A stretch of DNA of 64,000 nt, taken from Barthelona sp. PCE (taxonomy: Eukaryota). Below, piece by piece: positions 43,701 to 58,700 of this stretch. Both the position numbers and the translations under genes were made by a program. The stretch is taken from NCBI GenBank assembly GCA_040285745.1, contig JAUFOR010000004.1, forward strand, positions 124,001 to 188,000, written 5' to 3'. The notes below the pieces were generated by a model that had not been told where the DNA came from, ran no database searches, and worked only from the letters and a program-made list of their open reading frames with translations. The number at the start of each line of letters is the position of its first letter. The stretch's first letter is position 1.

Positions 43701-46700
43701 TCATGGGATATGGCTATGATTCAATATTTGACTTAATGAACGTTACTACTATTAGTCAAAATAATAACAAACACATGTATGGTAATTTAACAGTTCGTAA
43801 TTACGGTGATCTGTATCATGATGATGGTCATATCTATATGAGCTGTTTCTATGAATATGGTACCCGTTTCATAAACTATGGTTATTACAGAATCAATTCT
43901 GCTAACCATGGTTATTATCACTCAAATAGTCGTCGTGCAATGTATATTAACCGCGGTAAATTTGAGTATTATCGACAAAGTAATTACTATGTTGAATTTG
44001 ATTGGGCCTTCATTGAAGAGTCGAAGCATCATTGTATTCGTCCTGATGGTGATTGTGGATTTGTAATTAGCAGTTCTGCTACTGATATAAATAGCTACGG
44101 TCTCCGGTTCAGGTATGGACCTCTTCGCTTCAATGGTACTGTGTTCAACATCACTTCAAACGGTCGTGTTAGATTTGGTCAACATGAAGAACGTACTGTT
44201 TTCATTGATACAAAACTGAATTGTCAGAGTTCTGGTTTGATTGTGCTCGAATCTGCTGTTAATGACATCTATGATTCAGATTGGTCAGACGTATATAACG
44301 GTGGATATCCGTGCTACAGATTATGGACTGGTGTCACAAACGCATTCAACTCAAACATGGGTAACGGTACAGATGATATGCAACGTTACACAAGTTCTTG
44401 GATGACATTAATGATTCATGAAGGTTCAACTTTTGTACCTGCTTCGAATATGTTCTTACTTACAACATATGATAGATTTGGTGTAACCTCAACCAGTGGT
44501 CCTCGTGTTTATGAAACTCCAAGATTGGACATCAAGGATGGGTCAACTCTGTTTATTGGTAAGGATGTTACATTTGTTGTTCATGATCAATGTAATCTTT
44601 ACTATGGTCGTGTTGTTGGTGAAGGAACACTGGACTGTCGTGGAACAACCACAATTTTCAACAGCAATCATTTTTACTTCCTGACAAAGAAGGTGCTTCT
44701 TCAAAACACCGTTTATCAATCACATTATAATATGCTGGTCGGAAGGGATACCGAAATTACACTGTACAACAATTCTGTTTGGGAGTGGAGACCGGGTGCC
44801 AGTAGTCACTACACATTCAGTATGTCAGGTTCATGTGCCTCATACGGTTGTTCAGCTCGCTTCATAATTGAAGAAGGTTCATCCTTTGTTGCATCCAATT
44901 CATACTGTTTGCTCACAATGGCCGTTCCTCTGATCAACCATGGTACAGTCGATTGGACAGGGTACAGTTGTGACTTCTACATGAGTCCAGTATATGATTT
45001 ACTTGAGAGATCAACTGGTCTGTACACGTTTGGCACATCAAGCGTTTACTTTACAACTGGATACTGGGTATTTGGTCCCAATTCAACATATGCTATTGAT
45101 GGAGCTGAAACATTCTCCATTCAAGGCGATTCAGTTTTCCGTGTTGTTGATCACGAAGATTGGGTGTTCATTGGTGTTGTAAGACCTAAGAATACAGCAA
45201 GAATAGAGTTCGTCAACACAACAGTTACAGACCTCGGTTCCATCACTTCATTTGATCAGCAATCTGGTATGTACTGTTACGGTGATGTTATGTTTGATAC
45301 TTCATTTGACATTAATGGTGGATATCACCATGCTGTTGCTGGCCGATGTATCTTCCTGCAACCCATCATTATCATGCAGGCAACGTATTTCTATGGTCCT
45401 AGTGCTTTCATTTTCGAACAACAACTTCGAATTCAGGCACATACGTATTGGTACGATGCTCGTGTTGTGTTACATGATGGGCTTTTGCACTCTTCAGGTC
45501 AGATTTACGGTCAAAGTAGTAACCGTGATGAATCATATGCAGATCACTCAGTGTTCGAGTTCTTAGGTGAGGCTACATTTAGTTCAACAGCAACAAGCCC
45601 AGTCACATACTCAACAGGTTCTGGTCCTAATGAAAGTGGTTACTTTATCACCTTTATCATTCGTGAAGGTGTAACAGCTACTTGGAACAGAGGTGGAAAC
45701 TACTACGTTGAGATCATCAACTATGGTACCATCATTAACGACGCTACTTCAGATGTCACCTGTGCGTATGGTTTACGCTTGAAGAACTATGGTACTATTT
45801 TAGCTCAGTCTGCTAGTACATTCTACAAGAACTGCGAAATTACCAACTACAATTTGCTTTCTATCGATGGTAACATTGGTCATGTTCGCAACTTTGGTAC
45901 TATCAACTTCATTTCTGATTCTGTCACAGCCGACTGTGGTTACTTCTTAACTGAATCCACTTCAGTCATTTACATGTATATTGGAGCAACTTACACACGT
46001 CTAATCTCATCAGGTGTTGTACGCATGAAGGGTGATGTCCATATCTCTCTTGATCAAGATGATCCAATCATTGACGTGAACCTTTGGAACGGTCAAATCA
46101 AGGAGGATGTTGCAACATATCACATCTACAACCACACCACTGGTGAAGCTGTTGGTGAAAAGGCCGTGAATGGACGTTACATTGAGATGAAGAGTACAAC
46201 AAGTGTTATTGCTGTTGCTGTCAACCACTGTCCCAACGATTGTTCAGGCCATGGTTCATGCACAACCGCAACTGGTGTTTGTAACTGTGATTTTGGTTAT
46301 TTCAACGATGACTGTTCAGGTCTATGGTGTGGTGATTGCGGTGACGGTTTGTGTGTCCAAGGTTCTTGCCTTTGTAAGGGAGAATCTGAAGGTAACTGGT
46401 GTGAGAACACTTTGGCTAGTGGCACTGTTGAATACAGCGAGGCTATTGGTGAATGGTTCGGTAACCCATGGGTTTGGGTACCCAACCGCTATCCTCGTGA
46501 TATTGATTCGGTCGTCGTATCAGGCGGTCCTCTTCATGTGACACAATCAACTTTAATTGAAGAGCTTGATGTCAGCGGTTATTTGATCGTTGATGAAAAT
46601 GTCATCCTCACTGTCAACACTACAATCACTGTTACTGGAACACTTGAGGTCAACGGTCGTCTAATCTTAAACCAGGACGGTGTTTTGACAATGACATCTG

Positions 46701-49700
46701 GTAAGCTGTCTGGTACAGGAATCATTGATATTCGCGGTGTATCTGCTTTTAGCGATGGACCTGTTGAGTTCGATGGTGTACAAGTCAGATTGGGAACATC
46801 AACTGGCATTCACAACCTTGATGGTTCAATAGTTGGACTGTTCCACTTTATTAACCATGGTACAGTTACCTTCACTGGTAATAACACTGTGAACGATCAC
46901 GGTTCAACCCTTTATTACCGCGAGGATTACTCTGCCAGTAGTTTCACTTTTGCACTGATCAACTTCAATAACTTGTTCGTTCCTTCTGACAACACTAGCT
47001 TCCCAAGAGTCCGATCATTGAACGCTTCAAACATTCAGGTCTCTGAAGGGGCCGTGTTCAACGTATCCAGCGGTCATCTTGATGGTCTTTTAGAGATTGG
47101 TGGTACTCTGCTATTCAGCTCTGAGTTCCATCACGATGTTGATTCTGACCACTACCTCTGGCTTGGTAAGAAGTATGATCATTTCTATAATGCCCTTCTC
47201 ACTGGTGAAGTCACACATCATGGTTCCAAATATGGTACTATTGCTTGTGATCATATGCATGTTGAGACCAGGCAATCATTAAGTATCGACACAAACTTTG
47301 ATATCGGTGAGCAGTGCTGGTTTGAATTCACTGATATTTCACGTATTAACTTGAGAACTATCAAACACTCTGGTGTCAACGCAACATCTGTCTTCTGGTC
47401 AGGTGGTGATACATCCGTTGCAGCAACGGGTACTTACTATCCACCAACAGGTTCAGATTTCGACATCCAGTTCGGTTCAGTGTTGTTCATGATGCCCGTC
47501 ATTTTCGATAATGACATTGAGATCGGTGGTTGTGTTCAGGGTTTTGCTTCTATTACTTTCAAGGGTATAGTTGAATTCAAAGACTTTGGTTCTGAGGATG
47601 TTATTTGTGTCAACGTTGAGGTGATGCAAGGTGATGTGTATCATACAATCAAACCTAACAACACTCTTATCTTTAAGAACGTTGTCGACTTCAATGGTGG
47701 ACAGTATTACTTCCTAACACCCAACACTCAGATGTACTTCCACGGAACTGTGACAATCACCCCTTCATCAGATTCGTTCTTCGATTGTCCTTCAGATGAT
47801 TGCTGGTTCGAACTTATAGATAGTGCTCAAATCTTTATGAACACACCTACACCATCTGTTTCATTTGAACTCAACGGTTTCAATGGTGTGATTCACGATA
47901 AGATTATTTCTATTTCACAAGGTCAATTCTACATAGACGCTCTTTGGATCACTGAATGTACAATTAACATTGCTACAAACGGTATCTTTGGTGTTAACAA
48001 CCGTATTACATCAACTATTTACCATGATCTTTGGATCAGAGCATATAGCAAACGTATTGCTGATGCTTACGCTTCTATTGCTTACAGTACCCTCACTGGT
48101 TCAGGTAAGTTAAAGGTAAAGCAGGGTTATGGTGTTTTCACAAACGTTGACACATCTTCCTTTATTTCAACTCGCCTCCACGAAGTTGTACATGGTGAGC
48201 TGAACATCAATGGTACTGATTTCAGCGAGCAGAGCTTCCATGTTGATGATGATGGTACTCTATCATGTCGATGGGTGTCATGTGATGTTAAGGATGTTAG
48301 TGTTGCGAATGGTACTCTTTACTTCTTCGCTCAAAAGGATGATATGAGCTTCAACATTCGCGGAGACCTCACCATTGCAGGTCGTGGTGGATTCAGTGGT
48401 ATTCATGATACTACTTTCCAGACTCCCAAGCACTTTCATTACCGCATCAATGTTTACGGAACAGCTGATATTTCTGGAACAGACGTATTTGTTACCAATT
48501 ATCAACACGTTCATTTCCATGGCACTGTGAACATCCATGACGCTTATATTGTGATGGGTAATTCAGCTGCTAGAGCTTCACTGAAATTCTTCGGTGATCA
48601 GCTCAACATGGGTGTTGGAGGCACAGATGTATTTGTTGAATCTCCTATTAATGTTGACTATCACGGAAGTTGGGTTGTGAACAGTGATACAACCATCGAT
48701 GCTGGTGGTAACGTAACCATCGAATCGAGAGTGGTCTTTACTGATGTTGACTTGACGTTAGCTACAGATCCCGATACCATTTTTGTTATTAAGGGTCCTG
48801 GTCAGTTCTACAAGACACACATTACTCTTGGTGATGAAACGACGTTCAAGGTTATCAATCACTTCACTGATGATGATCACAGCGACTTCACGCAGTTTGA
48901 TGCGTTGACTGTCATTGAGGGCACTGGTCAGGGTAACTTCCATATTGGTGGATATCAGCCCATGTTTATGAACGCCACAGTTAACTTTGGCGGTATGATT
49001 CATATCGAACAAGATTTGGTTGGAAGCGAAGGTGCATATCCGTATCATGTTGTCTATATTGGAACTTCTTTCAAGATTAATGTTCAGAAGCCTTCCTTCA
49101 ACGTCAGTTATCATAGATTAAATATCGCTATTGGCCAATCTCTCGTCATCAACCAACTCCATATTGACGGTAATCCGTCCAAGCATGGTGTCAAGTGCGG
49201 TGGTCAGATTAGAATGGATGAGTTACACTGGAAAGGTGGTTATCTTACGTCCACTCATACTGATTTTGCTAATCGCAAATTCAGAGTTGTTGGAACAATC
49301 AACCCCTCAACGTTGACCAGAGGAAACTACGACATGTACCTTAGTGGTATGTTGTACATTGAATCTGGAGCTACAATGATTTGGAGCAGTGGTCGGGTTT
49401 ACGTATCACATGGAAGTTTCGGTAAGATTCACATTATGAATGGTGGTACTTTCGAGGAGCGCCCAACAGAGAATCTTGAGATGAAAAACAGTGGTGCGTA
49501 TGGTCACCTCGTCGTTGATGGTGTATATCGCCGTAAAGCAGGTTTTACTGGTACTACCACGTACAACGTTTTACTTGCTGGTTCTGGATTATTCGTTAAT
49601 GAAGACGGTACTGATGATATGATTTCATATTTAACAACAACGTTTACTGGTGTATTCCAGAATGATGGAAACTTCCTTTCGAAGAGTACCACTCATTTTT

Positions 49701-52700
49701 ACTGTACCATAAGTTCAGTTGAAGCGGATGCACGTTTCAACTTCTTCTCTACTTCCTCTAAACTATACTTCCACGGTCCGGTCGACTTTGGAGGTACGTT
49801 CAACGTCACAACAGGTTATGTCTACTTTGTTCAGCAAGACGACTCTGCCACTATTGGAACAATGCTTCTCCAGGCAGGTGAAGTCCACGCAACAGAGGAT
49901 AGCTATGGTCAAAAGGCGCTTGTCAAGTACAGCTACCTTGAGATGACTGGCGGAAACCTTCGCGGTATCGGTACGCACTTTGCAGACTCGTTCAATTGGT
50001 TTGGTGGTAATATCTTAGATGCTGGTTATCTGGTCATTGATACCGATGCGCAGTTCCTTCCGCTATCTGGCACGACTCTTTCTCTTTCACAGAGACAAAT
50101 CGTCAACAATGGTACCATCACAGTTTTCACTGAGATTCTGAAATGTCAGCAGCTTGGTTCAATTAAGAACCTTGAAGATGGTGTTGTCAAGTTTGAGCTG
50201 GGTCGCCCTAAGCGCATTCACCTGTCTCTTAATGTTTATAATTCTGATCCCGCCAACTCTTGTCACTTTATCAACTATGGTTTAATGAACTCAACTAACA
50301 GCACCCATTCAATTGATCTTCTCATCGAATGGAACCTGTATCAGTACAATGAGATGACACTCATCAACTCTACGAGATTCCATTTGGATCATGCTCTCGA
50401 GTCTGTTTTCGAGGGAACAACTCATATTGCTGATGGAGGTATCTTTACTTTCAGCTCAGTTGACGTTCAGATCAAGAAATTTGCAGAATTTGAGGGTCCT
50501 GGTAAGATCTCTATTGAAGATGGTGATTTCAGGCTTAACGGCAGAATTTCTTCAATAGATTTAGATGTCGTAGGCGGTATTCTGTGGTACGAGGAGTTCG
50601 GTGAGACACTTGGTGAAGCCAACGTTATAGGTGGTGCTATCAAGTGCGCAGACACCGGTTGTACCATTGGTAACATCCTACTTCAGGGTGGTTCACTTGT
50701 TGCAACCGAGCTAATGTATGTCTCAAATAACTTCACGTGGGTAAATGGTGATGTCAGCGGTGCTGGTAATCTCATCATTCAGAATTACGCGCTTGTTAAA
50801 TCATACGAACCAAAGGTTTTCTCTGAACGTACTATTCTTGTTGAGGCGGGTGCCACTATGGAATTTGTTGACGCAGAGGTAACTGGTGAGAATTTCGGTT
50901 CTATCATTGCTGATGGTGTTGTAGATATCAAGGGACGTTGTCGTCTCCTTTCTGGTGATCCTATTGAGGTCTCTATCACATTGAACGGTGTTTCAACCGT
51001 TTCTACTACAGACGTGAATCATATCCACGAGCTAAACTGGGATATCAACGTTGAAAACTCACTGACGCTCACTGGTACCGTTCACTTTGGTGGTCTCTTA
51101 TCACTTGGTAAGGGAGCGAGTGCATCAATCTCAGTCAACAACGCAGAGATGCGTATTAGTGGCAGTGGTGCACGTGTTCAAAAGTCAATCTCAGTCATTA
51201 ACGGTGGTACTTTCAGACAGCTGCGAGGAGATATTTTCGTCTACTCGACTGGTTCTCTTATATCAGATGCATCCTCACTTGTTCTTCTCAGAAACCAATA
51301 CGGTGTTGTCTGGCCTGAGCTCGTGATATTCGGAACTATGAACGTCCCCACATTGGAGATGAACGGTTTCAACATCATGAAGCTTGAGAAGGGTGCTGCT
51401 GTCACTCTCAATTCTGTGTCTATCACTCATGACGAGTCATCAATACAATTCCGCGACGATTTCACGATTCCATCGCTGTCTATGTATCGTGGTGTACTCA
51501 GCAACGAGGCCACCCAAACTATCACGAACTTTGAGTTCACTGGTGGTAGTATCACTGGCATTGGCCACACCATTGTTTCTACTCTGTTTATGTATACTGA
51601 GAATCCCAAGGTATTTTCAGTTGGTTCCTTAGTTGTTGACGATCATTTACTGTGGTTGGAAGGTGATTTTGACCTAAATAACTACTTCCGTTTGCTCATT
51701 GACAATTCAGCCGGTACAGGCGCATTCTTGAGCAGTGGATATACTATTAAGTCTTCTGATGATACCGGTATCTTCATGAACAACGGTGATTTGACCGTCA
51801 ACACAACTACGGTTGTTGAATCTAAGTTCATTAACGATGGAGTGCTCACTATCGATTCAGTTTACCTTAACACATATGGTGAGTCCACTTCATCCGGCAC
51901 AATCACATATGCTAACAGCGGTGGTCTACTTGTCCGTGATAACATCTTTACGATCGATGCTGGATCGACTGTTTCTGGATCTTCTGTTGTTCGTGCACTA
52001 GGTGGTACTCTAATTATTAATTGTGCCAACTACGCACAGACAGGAAATTTGCGTGGTGATGTTGACGGTACTCTTATCTTCAAGGATCAGACAACATTTA
52101 ACGCTGCTGCTTTGAGTGGTTTAACTATCACCGCCTTACAGGGTGGTTTTGTTGAGTTCAGAGATCTTACTGGAACTGTTCCTAATCTTGAAACTCGTGA
52201 CCTGTGGTCTGGTGTCGCTGTCTTTGGCGGTATCATTACCACTGACACGCTTCTTTCCAGCGCTGTAATTTACGGTAACGGTGAGCTCGTCACAAGCAAT
52301 GTTTGGACGATGTTTGCAGGAACGCAGTTGAACGATACAATAACTGTCCGTAACACTGGTACAGCAACAATTGATACAGTTGTTGATCCCGTCATCGCAT
52401 TGTGGGATGAAACCCACATCATCAATGATGGTACGTTCAACGTGAACAAGGGTGCAATTGTTGGTACAGGTGCAACTATCACTAACAACAACGACTTTAA
52501 CATTGTGGCAACAACCGATAGCCCAACTTTCTCTACATCTGTCAGCGGAACCCAGTTTATTAACACTGGTACCGTTACCAAGACTGGTGTGCAGTCTTCA
52601 ACTCTCGGTTTTGAGTTCATTGCTTCTAACACTGGTGCTGTCATTGTAACATCTGGTTTCTTGCACATTAGTTCACCTTACACCGCTTTTGCTACCTTCT

Positions 52701-55700
52701 CAAAGGGTACTTTCTTTGCGGATGATGGTGCTGTGCTTGAGTTTGACCAAATCTTCCTTGATGTTGATGCTCAAGTCACATCCCATGCTAACGGTATCAT
52801 ATCGTTTGCAACAACTGGTTCAAACCCCACATCAATCTACGCAAATTACAATGTTGATGGTATCACTCGTGTTGTCGAGGGTGAAGTTCGCTTTGTCTCA
52901 TCACGCGAGTATTCCAACTACACGGTTGCTGACGGACATTATTGGACGTCTGCAGGTGGTAATCTCGTGAAGATCGGTACTGATATTGAAGTTACTGGAG
53001 GTCAACTACACCTTGAGCACTGGTCACATACAATTGAATCACTCACGGGTATCGGTGGTGAAGTTCACTATTTCAATGACTTCCAAATCGGACAGGATTC
53101 TACATTCAATGGTCTCATCCTCGACGGTGAAGACCTCGGTACTGTCTCTTTCACAAGCAGTTCGACAAGCACTGTTAACGACTTGGAAATCAAAAACTCC
53201 GTTGTCGTTGTTGATTCATCTTCTAAGCTGATCATCGATGGTGTGTTCACCCTAACGAGTACCACAATGTACGTCGATGGTGAGCTTGAAATCCAAGATG
53301 GTACCATTACCATTGAGGGAACATCGAAGATAATCATTCGAACTGGTGGTCTGTTCAGCTCTGTTGATGCCTTTGCACAAACAATTGTTGATTCAACAGT
53401 CGAGCCCACACTGAATTATTTCAAGGTAGAGAACGGCGCTACGTTTGTAAGGAACTCTGCTAATATGGAGGACGTGCTAACGATTGATGCTCACTTCATC
53501 TGCGAAGGTGATATGACCCTGACCCGTGGTACAGTACTCACAACCGCTTCATTCATCAGTTCTGGTGACGTTGTCCTGCCTCTTGGTGGACGATTAGTTA
53601 TTAGAGGAACTGAATATAAGCAGATTGGCGGTTCCATGAGCGATGGCGGTTTCGTTCTTATTGAGAGTGGAACTGTTCTTTTCAATTGTGACATGGACAT
53701 TTCTGGAACTAACGCAACTATTCGTGTTGTTGATGGTGATGTCACTATTCGTCCTACTGGAACTACTTCCTCAGATGCTTTCATCTCAAGAGTCATGCTT
53801 TATGGTGGTACAACACATTTAGGTGAGACATTATTCATCACAAACCTCATGACTGAGGAGCGCTCCTATATTGATAATGGTCTGCCCATTCTCAAGACTG
53901 AGTATGATGCAACCATTGAAGTAACCATCTTCACTGTTAACGCAATCGAGTGTCGTTTCGACCCTGTTGTTGATTTCACAATCATTAACTCGATGGACCT
54001 TGTTGGAGAGGATAATCACGACTTTTATTCTGCTCACATCCAGATCGCTGCCACTGCTGTTTTCACCTGGACTTCCGGTCGATTTGGTATTACTTCTGAT
54101 GTTATTATTGACAACCTCAACGAGATCAACTTTGCTCCTGTTGTAGCTGCTGATAACGTCATCATTTCAGGAACTGAAGGTGGTGTTATCAACAACGACG
54201 ATACAATGTACCTCCGAGGTGCATCCTATTTGTCATTCCCTGTTGTCTTTAATATCAACAACAATCTCAACCTCATCAAGGAGTTCCTATCCGAGTACGT
54301 GTTTGACCCTGTTACGACCATCACATCAGCTGTTGGCACATCATCGGTCTTCAAGAAGGGTACTGTCGAGATCAAGGGACGTATGGTATGTCACGGCACA
54401 ATCGAGGGTGATTCGTCAACCGACGGTAACCTCTTGTTCACGGACGATTCAACGTTACTTTTCTCTTCCACCTTCACTTACGTTCCTGAGAAACTTGTCC
54501 TTAACTTTGGAGGTCTCAAAGCTGAGTTCGAAGGTCATATGGATATGACTTCATCTGCAAGTGATGATTCATTCGTTGTCTCTGCTGGTACCATGTACTG
54601 GAAGGGTACAACCTTCACATCAACCCGACCCATCCATCTGACTGGCGGTTCACTCATCATGACACACGCTGTCGCTCCATCTGTGTGGGTTGACGGTGGT
54701 TCACTCTTTTCAGATTGTACTACCTGTTCAATTGCTGAAGAGCTCCGTCTCACAAGTGGTATTGTACGTACACACGGTGAGATCCAAATTTCAAAGAAAA
54801 TGGTTCAATCTGGTGATTATGCTAGTGAAACCATCACACTTGAAGGATACGGAGCAATTAACCTCAAGACAGGTTCTACGTCATCCTCCACTGGCTCACA
54901 ACTTTTGCTCGATGATCTCACGATCAATATGGAGGGTACTGCTTCCTGGAGTGTAAGCGGTGGTCGCTCTGACGCTGTTGATGCATATACATCAACAGGT
55001 AAGGTTTTGGTTGGGTCATCTGCTAATCTTTTGTTCAACGCGGATATGCCCAACCAGTGGTTCGGTCTCAACGTTGATAACGAAGGTACTATTACAAGAA
55101 ATGCTGGTGACTCTGGAAAGTCTGAACTACGCGGTGAATTCATCAATAGAGCAAGTGGTTCTGTTAACGTAGTTGATGGTACACTCATGCTCAACGTTAT
55201 TGGTGAGAATTACGGTAGCTACTCTGCTGCTGCATCATCATCCCTTGCTTTCGATACACCAAGCTTCTCTTGGAATGACGGAACAGCTATGTCTGGTCTT
55301 GGTACAGTTGATATCACTAACGGACGTGTTTCTGCACGTTGTGTTCCTTCTGCTATCACACTGAAGAATCTTAAGGTTTCAGGTGGTGCACTAGACTTCC
55401 ACTGTTCAAGTTTCACATTCGAGGATATCACAATCACAGATGGTTCATTCTACCTTTCAAAGGAAGTATCTTGTGACAATCTGTTCCTGTATGGTGGATC
55501 CATCAAGAACATTGGTAAACTCACAGCCAGCACATCAACACTTATTGACGGTAATCTGCCCATTGAAATTGTGCAATCCACGGTCGATATTGCTGGTGCT
55601 GGTGAATGGAGAGACGGTAACGTATCAATGAGTGATCTCGCTCGTGTTATTGTCAGCTCTGCGCTTGATATTAACCATCATAAGGAAGCAGACGGTTATG

Positions 55701-58700
55701 TGAACAAACTGGAGCACGTTTCAGGCGTTGACTCCGAACTTGTCATCACTGGAACTGTCACACAAAACTCCAACGCAACCGATATTGACGTCAGCGTCGA
55801 CACATTCATTGAAAGTGGAGGTTCACTCGATATCACAAACTCTTCAGTTATTCTGAGAGGTGACTCTGAGATGGATGGCTCCTCTGATATTGGTATCGAC
55901 GGCCATCTTGGTATAATGGATGGTGTTCATGCTTGGACCAGCGCCCACTCATTCAGTGGTCGTGGACAGCTTGAAATTGGTGGTACCACACAGCTCCGCT
56001 CATCTGCAGCAATGAACTTTGGTGTGGACGGTGAGTTGTTGCTCTCGGATGGTGTTTCCATTTTCGAAACAGGTGCCGATATTCCTGATAACGATGCAAC
56101 TGTTACAATTATTGGTGGTACTCATACTATGGCTGGTGAGCTCTCATGGTCAGAGATCAGCCACTCAGATGGTACTCTCGTAGTGAGCGCCCCATCCGAA
56201 GTGCGCACCGACTACATGCTGAGTAACAACGCCAAGCTCATTGTCGACTCGACGCTGGACGTCATGGCAACAATGGTACAGGAAGGTGATTCAGAGCAGT
56301 CAGGTAACGGTAAGATTGAGATCCATGGTGCCATCTATTGGAAGGCTGGTACGATGAGCGGTTTGGGATCCACAGTTATTCACGGTGTTTCCGAGTTTAC
56401 AACTGCCAAGCCAAAGTTCCTCATTGAGAGAGAACTATACTCAAGCGGTATCGTCTATCATAATCAGGGACACATTCATGGTTCAGATGGTTGTTCGATT
56501 GTTATTGGTAACAACTCAGTTTACTATTATTCCAACATTGATTTCATCAAGGATTCTGGTAAGGCTAGTATCCGTAACTTCGGTAACCTTACCAAGCTTG
56601 ATCAACTAAGAGAAGTTGGCGATTGGTGTACATCACCTCGTTTCGACGGTAGACTCAACCCTGATGTCACTGGTGGTTCTGTATCTTTCTCTACTGATGG
56701 TATGGATCTCGATGACATGGATATTATCTTCGAAGGTACAAACGAAATGCGCTGGGGCACTGGACTAACGGTTGCCATGTCGGTGCAACGTACTCGTAAC
56801 ATGCAAGGATCAATTTACATTGATCAGGGAGGTTATGGTGTACCAGATGTGCTGCACACATCATTCAAGACTGAGGGTAACACTATTTTCGATGGTGGTA
56901 TTGCTAAATTCGATACAAAGGGTGGTTCGACATCACTCATTTCCAAGTACTACTGTTCATTCGCACCATGCCCTAGCGGCTCACAGCTTGCAACACTGAA
57001 ACCTCACTACCTTGAGGTTCATCATGCAATGACTTATGACGGTACGTACTTCAGACTCTACGATGCGGGTACAAACATTGCTACACACACAGGAGAGGGT
57101 GATCTTTCTGCTGCTGTTGATACATTCCTGCATTATGGTGGTGTCAATCATGAAGGTCGTGTCAAGTACTTTAGAGTTTGGAACAGAACTCTCGATGGTA
57201 CTGAGATCTTCCGCATGTCAAAGATGACTGAAATGTTTGGTGTTGGTGATGATCTTGCTCAAGGACTTCTTGCCTTCATCAACTTCACTCATATACACGA
57301 CCCCACAGTTCCTTATGAGGCGCTTGGTCATTGTGAGACCTTGTCTCCCTTCAACTCATCGAACCATCAGGTGTCACGTAGTCGTATTGAATTCTCAGTT
57401 CAAAATAATCAGGTTCTTCTCATCAAGAATGGTACCACAACCTTTGTCGGTGGTGGTTATTCAAACGGTCTGTTCGAGGCTTATGAAACTGGTCGAATTG
57501 AGTTCGGTCGTGAGAAGCTGTACATCACAGGTGGTACTGTTATCACAAAGGGTTCTGGTATCGTTATCGATTCTGGTACTCACGATATTGTCCCAATGGA
57601 GTCTACTGTCATTGTCAAGGGTTCTGCTGTTGTCAATATCATATATGGTACTTGTGATGAGGCTTCGAGGTTCGGTGTTGATCTCATCATCGAGGGTGGA
57701 CGTGTCAACGTGCTCAAACCTCTTGACCCCTCACTCAACTGTTTCACACTTAACTCACTTGAGATCTATAATGGTACTATGTACGTTACAGGTAATCTTG
57801 TAGTTAAGGGTCACACATGGGTTTACGAACGCCTTTCCAGTCTGACAATTGATGTTGGTTACCTTGAGGCACGAGATGAATTCTTGTTCCGTAAGGGTCT
57901 GATTGATGGTACAGGTGCAGTTAAGGCCGAGAAGAACTTGGAATGGTTACAGGGTGAGTTCTCTGGTTCCGGACCTTTGTATAACAACGGTAACTTCACT
58001 CTTCACAGTGATGGTCTCAAGAAATTCTACACCAAGACGCTCCACAACAATGGTAACATGACGTGGATCGGCGGTATGTGGGAACTCGGCGAGTCACCAG
58101 TTATCAACAATAACGGTCCGCTGTTCATTAACGTTACAGATCTTGATTTCTCACCTCCATCTGGTTCAACACCACTGTTCAAGAATTACGACTCTGTCAC
58201 GATCGCATGTACGAGCGACGTTATTATTGGAATTTTCATTGATAACTTCGGTTCGATCCTTGCGCAGAATGACTCACAGCTATTCTTCAGTTACGGTGGT
58301 TCTTATCACGGTATTCTTCATGCATTTGACACATCGTCATTTGTGTTTGGACCTGGTAGTGTTTACTTCGCAGCTGACCTCACGGTTAAGGGTGACGGTA
58401 TTCTCACAATCAATGGTACATCATTAGAAGTCTACTCAACATTTGAAATGCCAGGTGGTGCTATTCACATTCACACCGGTCACGTAACATTCCGTCTCGG
58501 TTCAAACTTTGTCGGTACATGCCCTATCATTCAATATGGTGGTACTGTTGAGTTTGCTGGTGGTACGGTTGACAACCCCTTCACAATTTCTGCTTTTGAG
58601 CTTATTAACGGTAACCTCCTCACCAACTCTCCCATTATTACTGCAGGTAGCTGTAAGATGGATGACGGTCTAATCAACCTGATTGGTACCGGCTCCATCA

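Noticed and set aside
51224-55864. RGD tripeptides in the giant protein (51224, 52052, 55856)
   Set aside because: A few occurrences are expected by chance in more than 11,000 Gly/Asp-rich residues; no evidence of integrin-type function.
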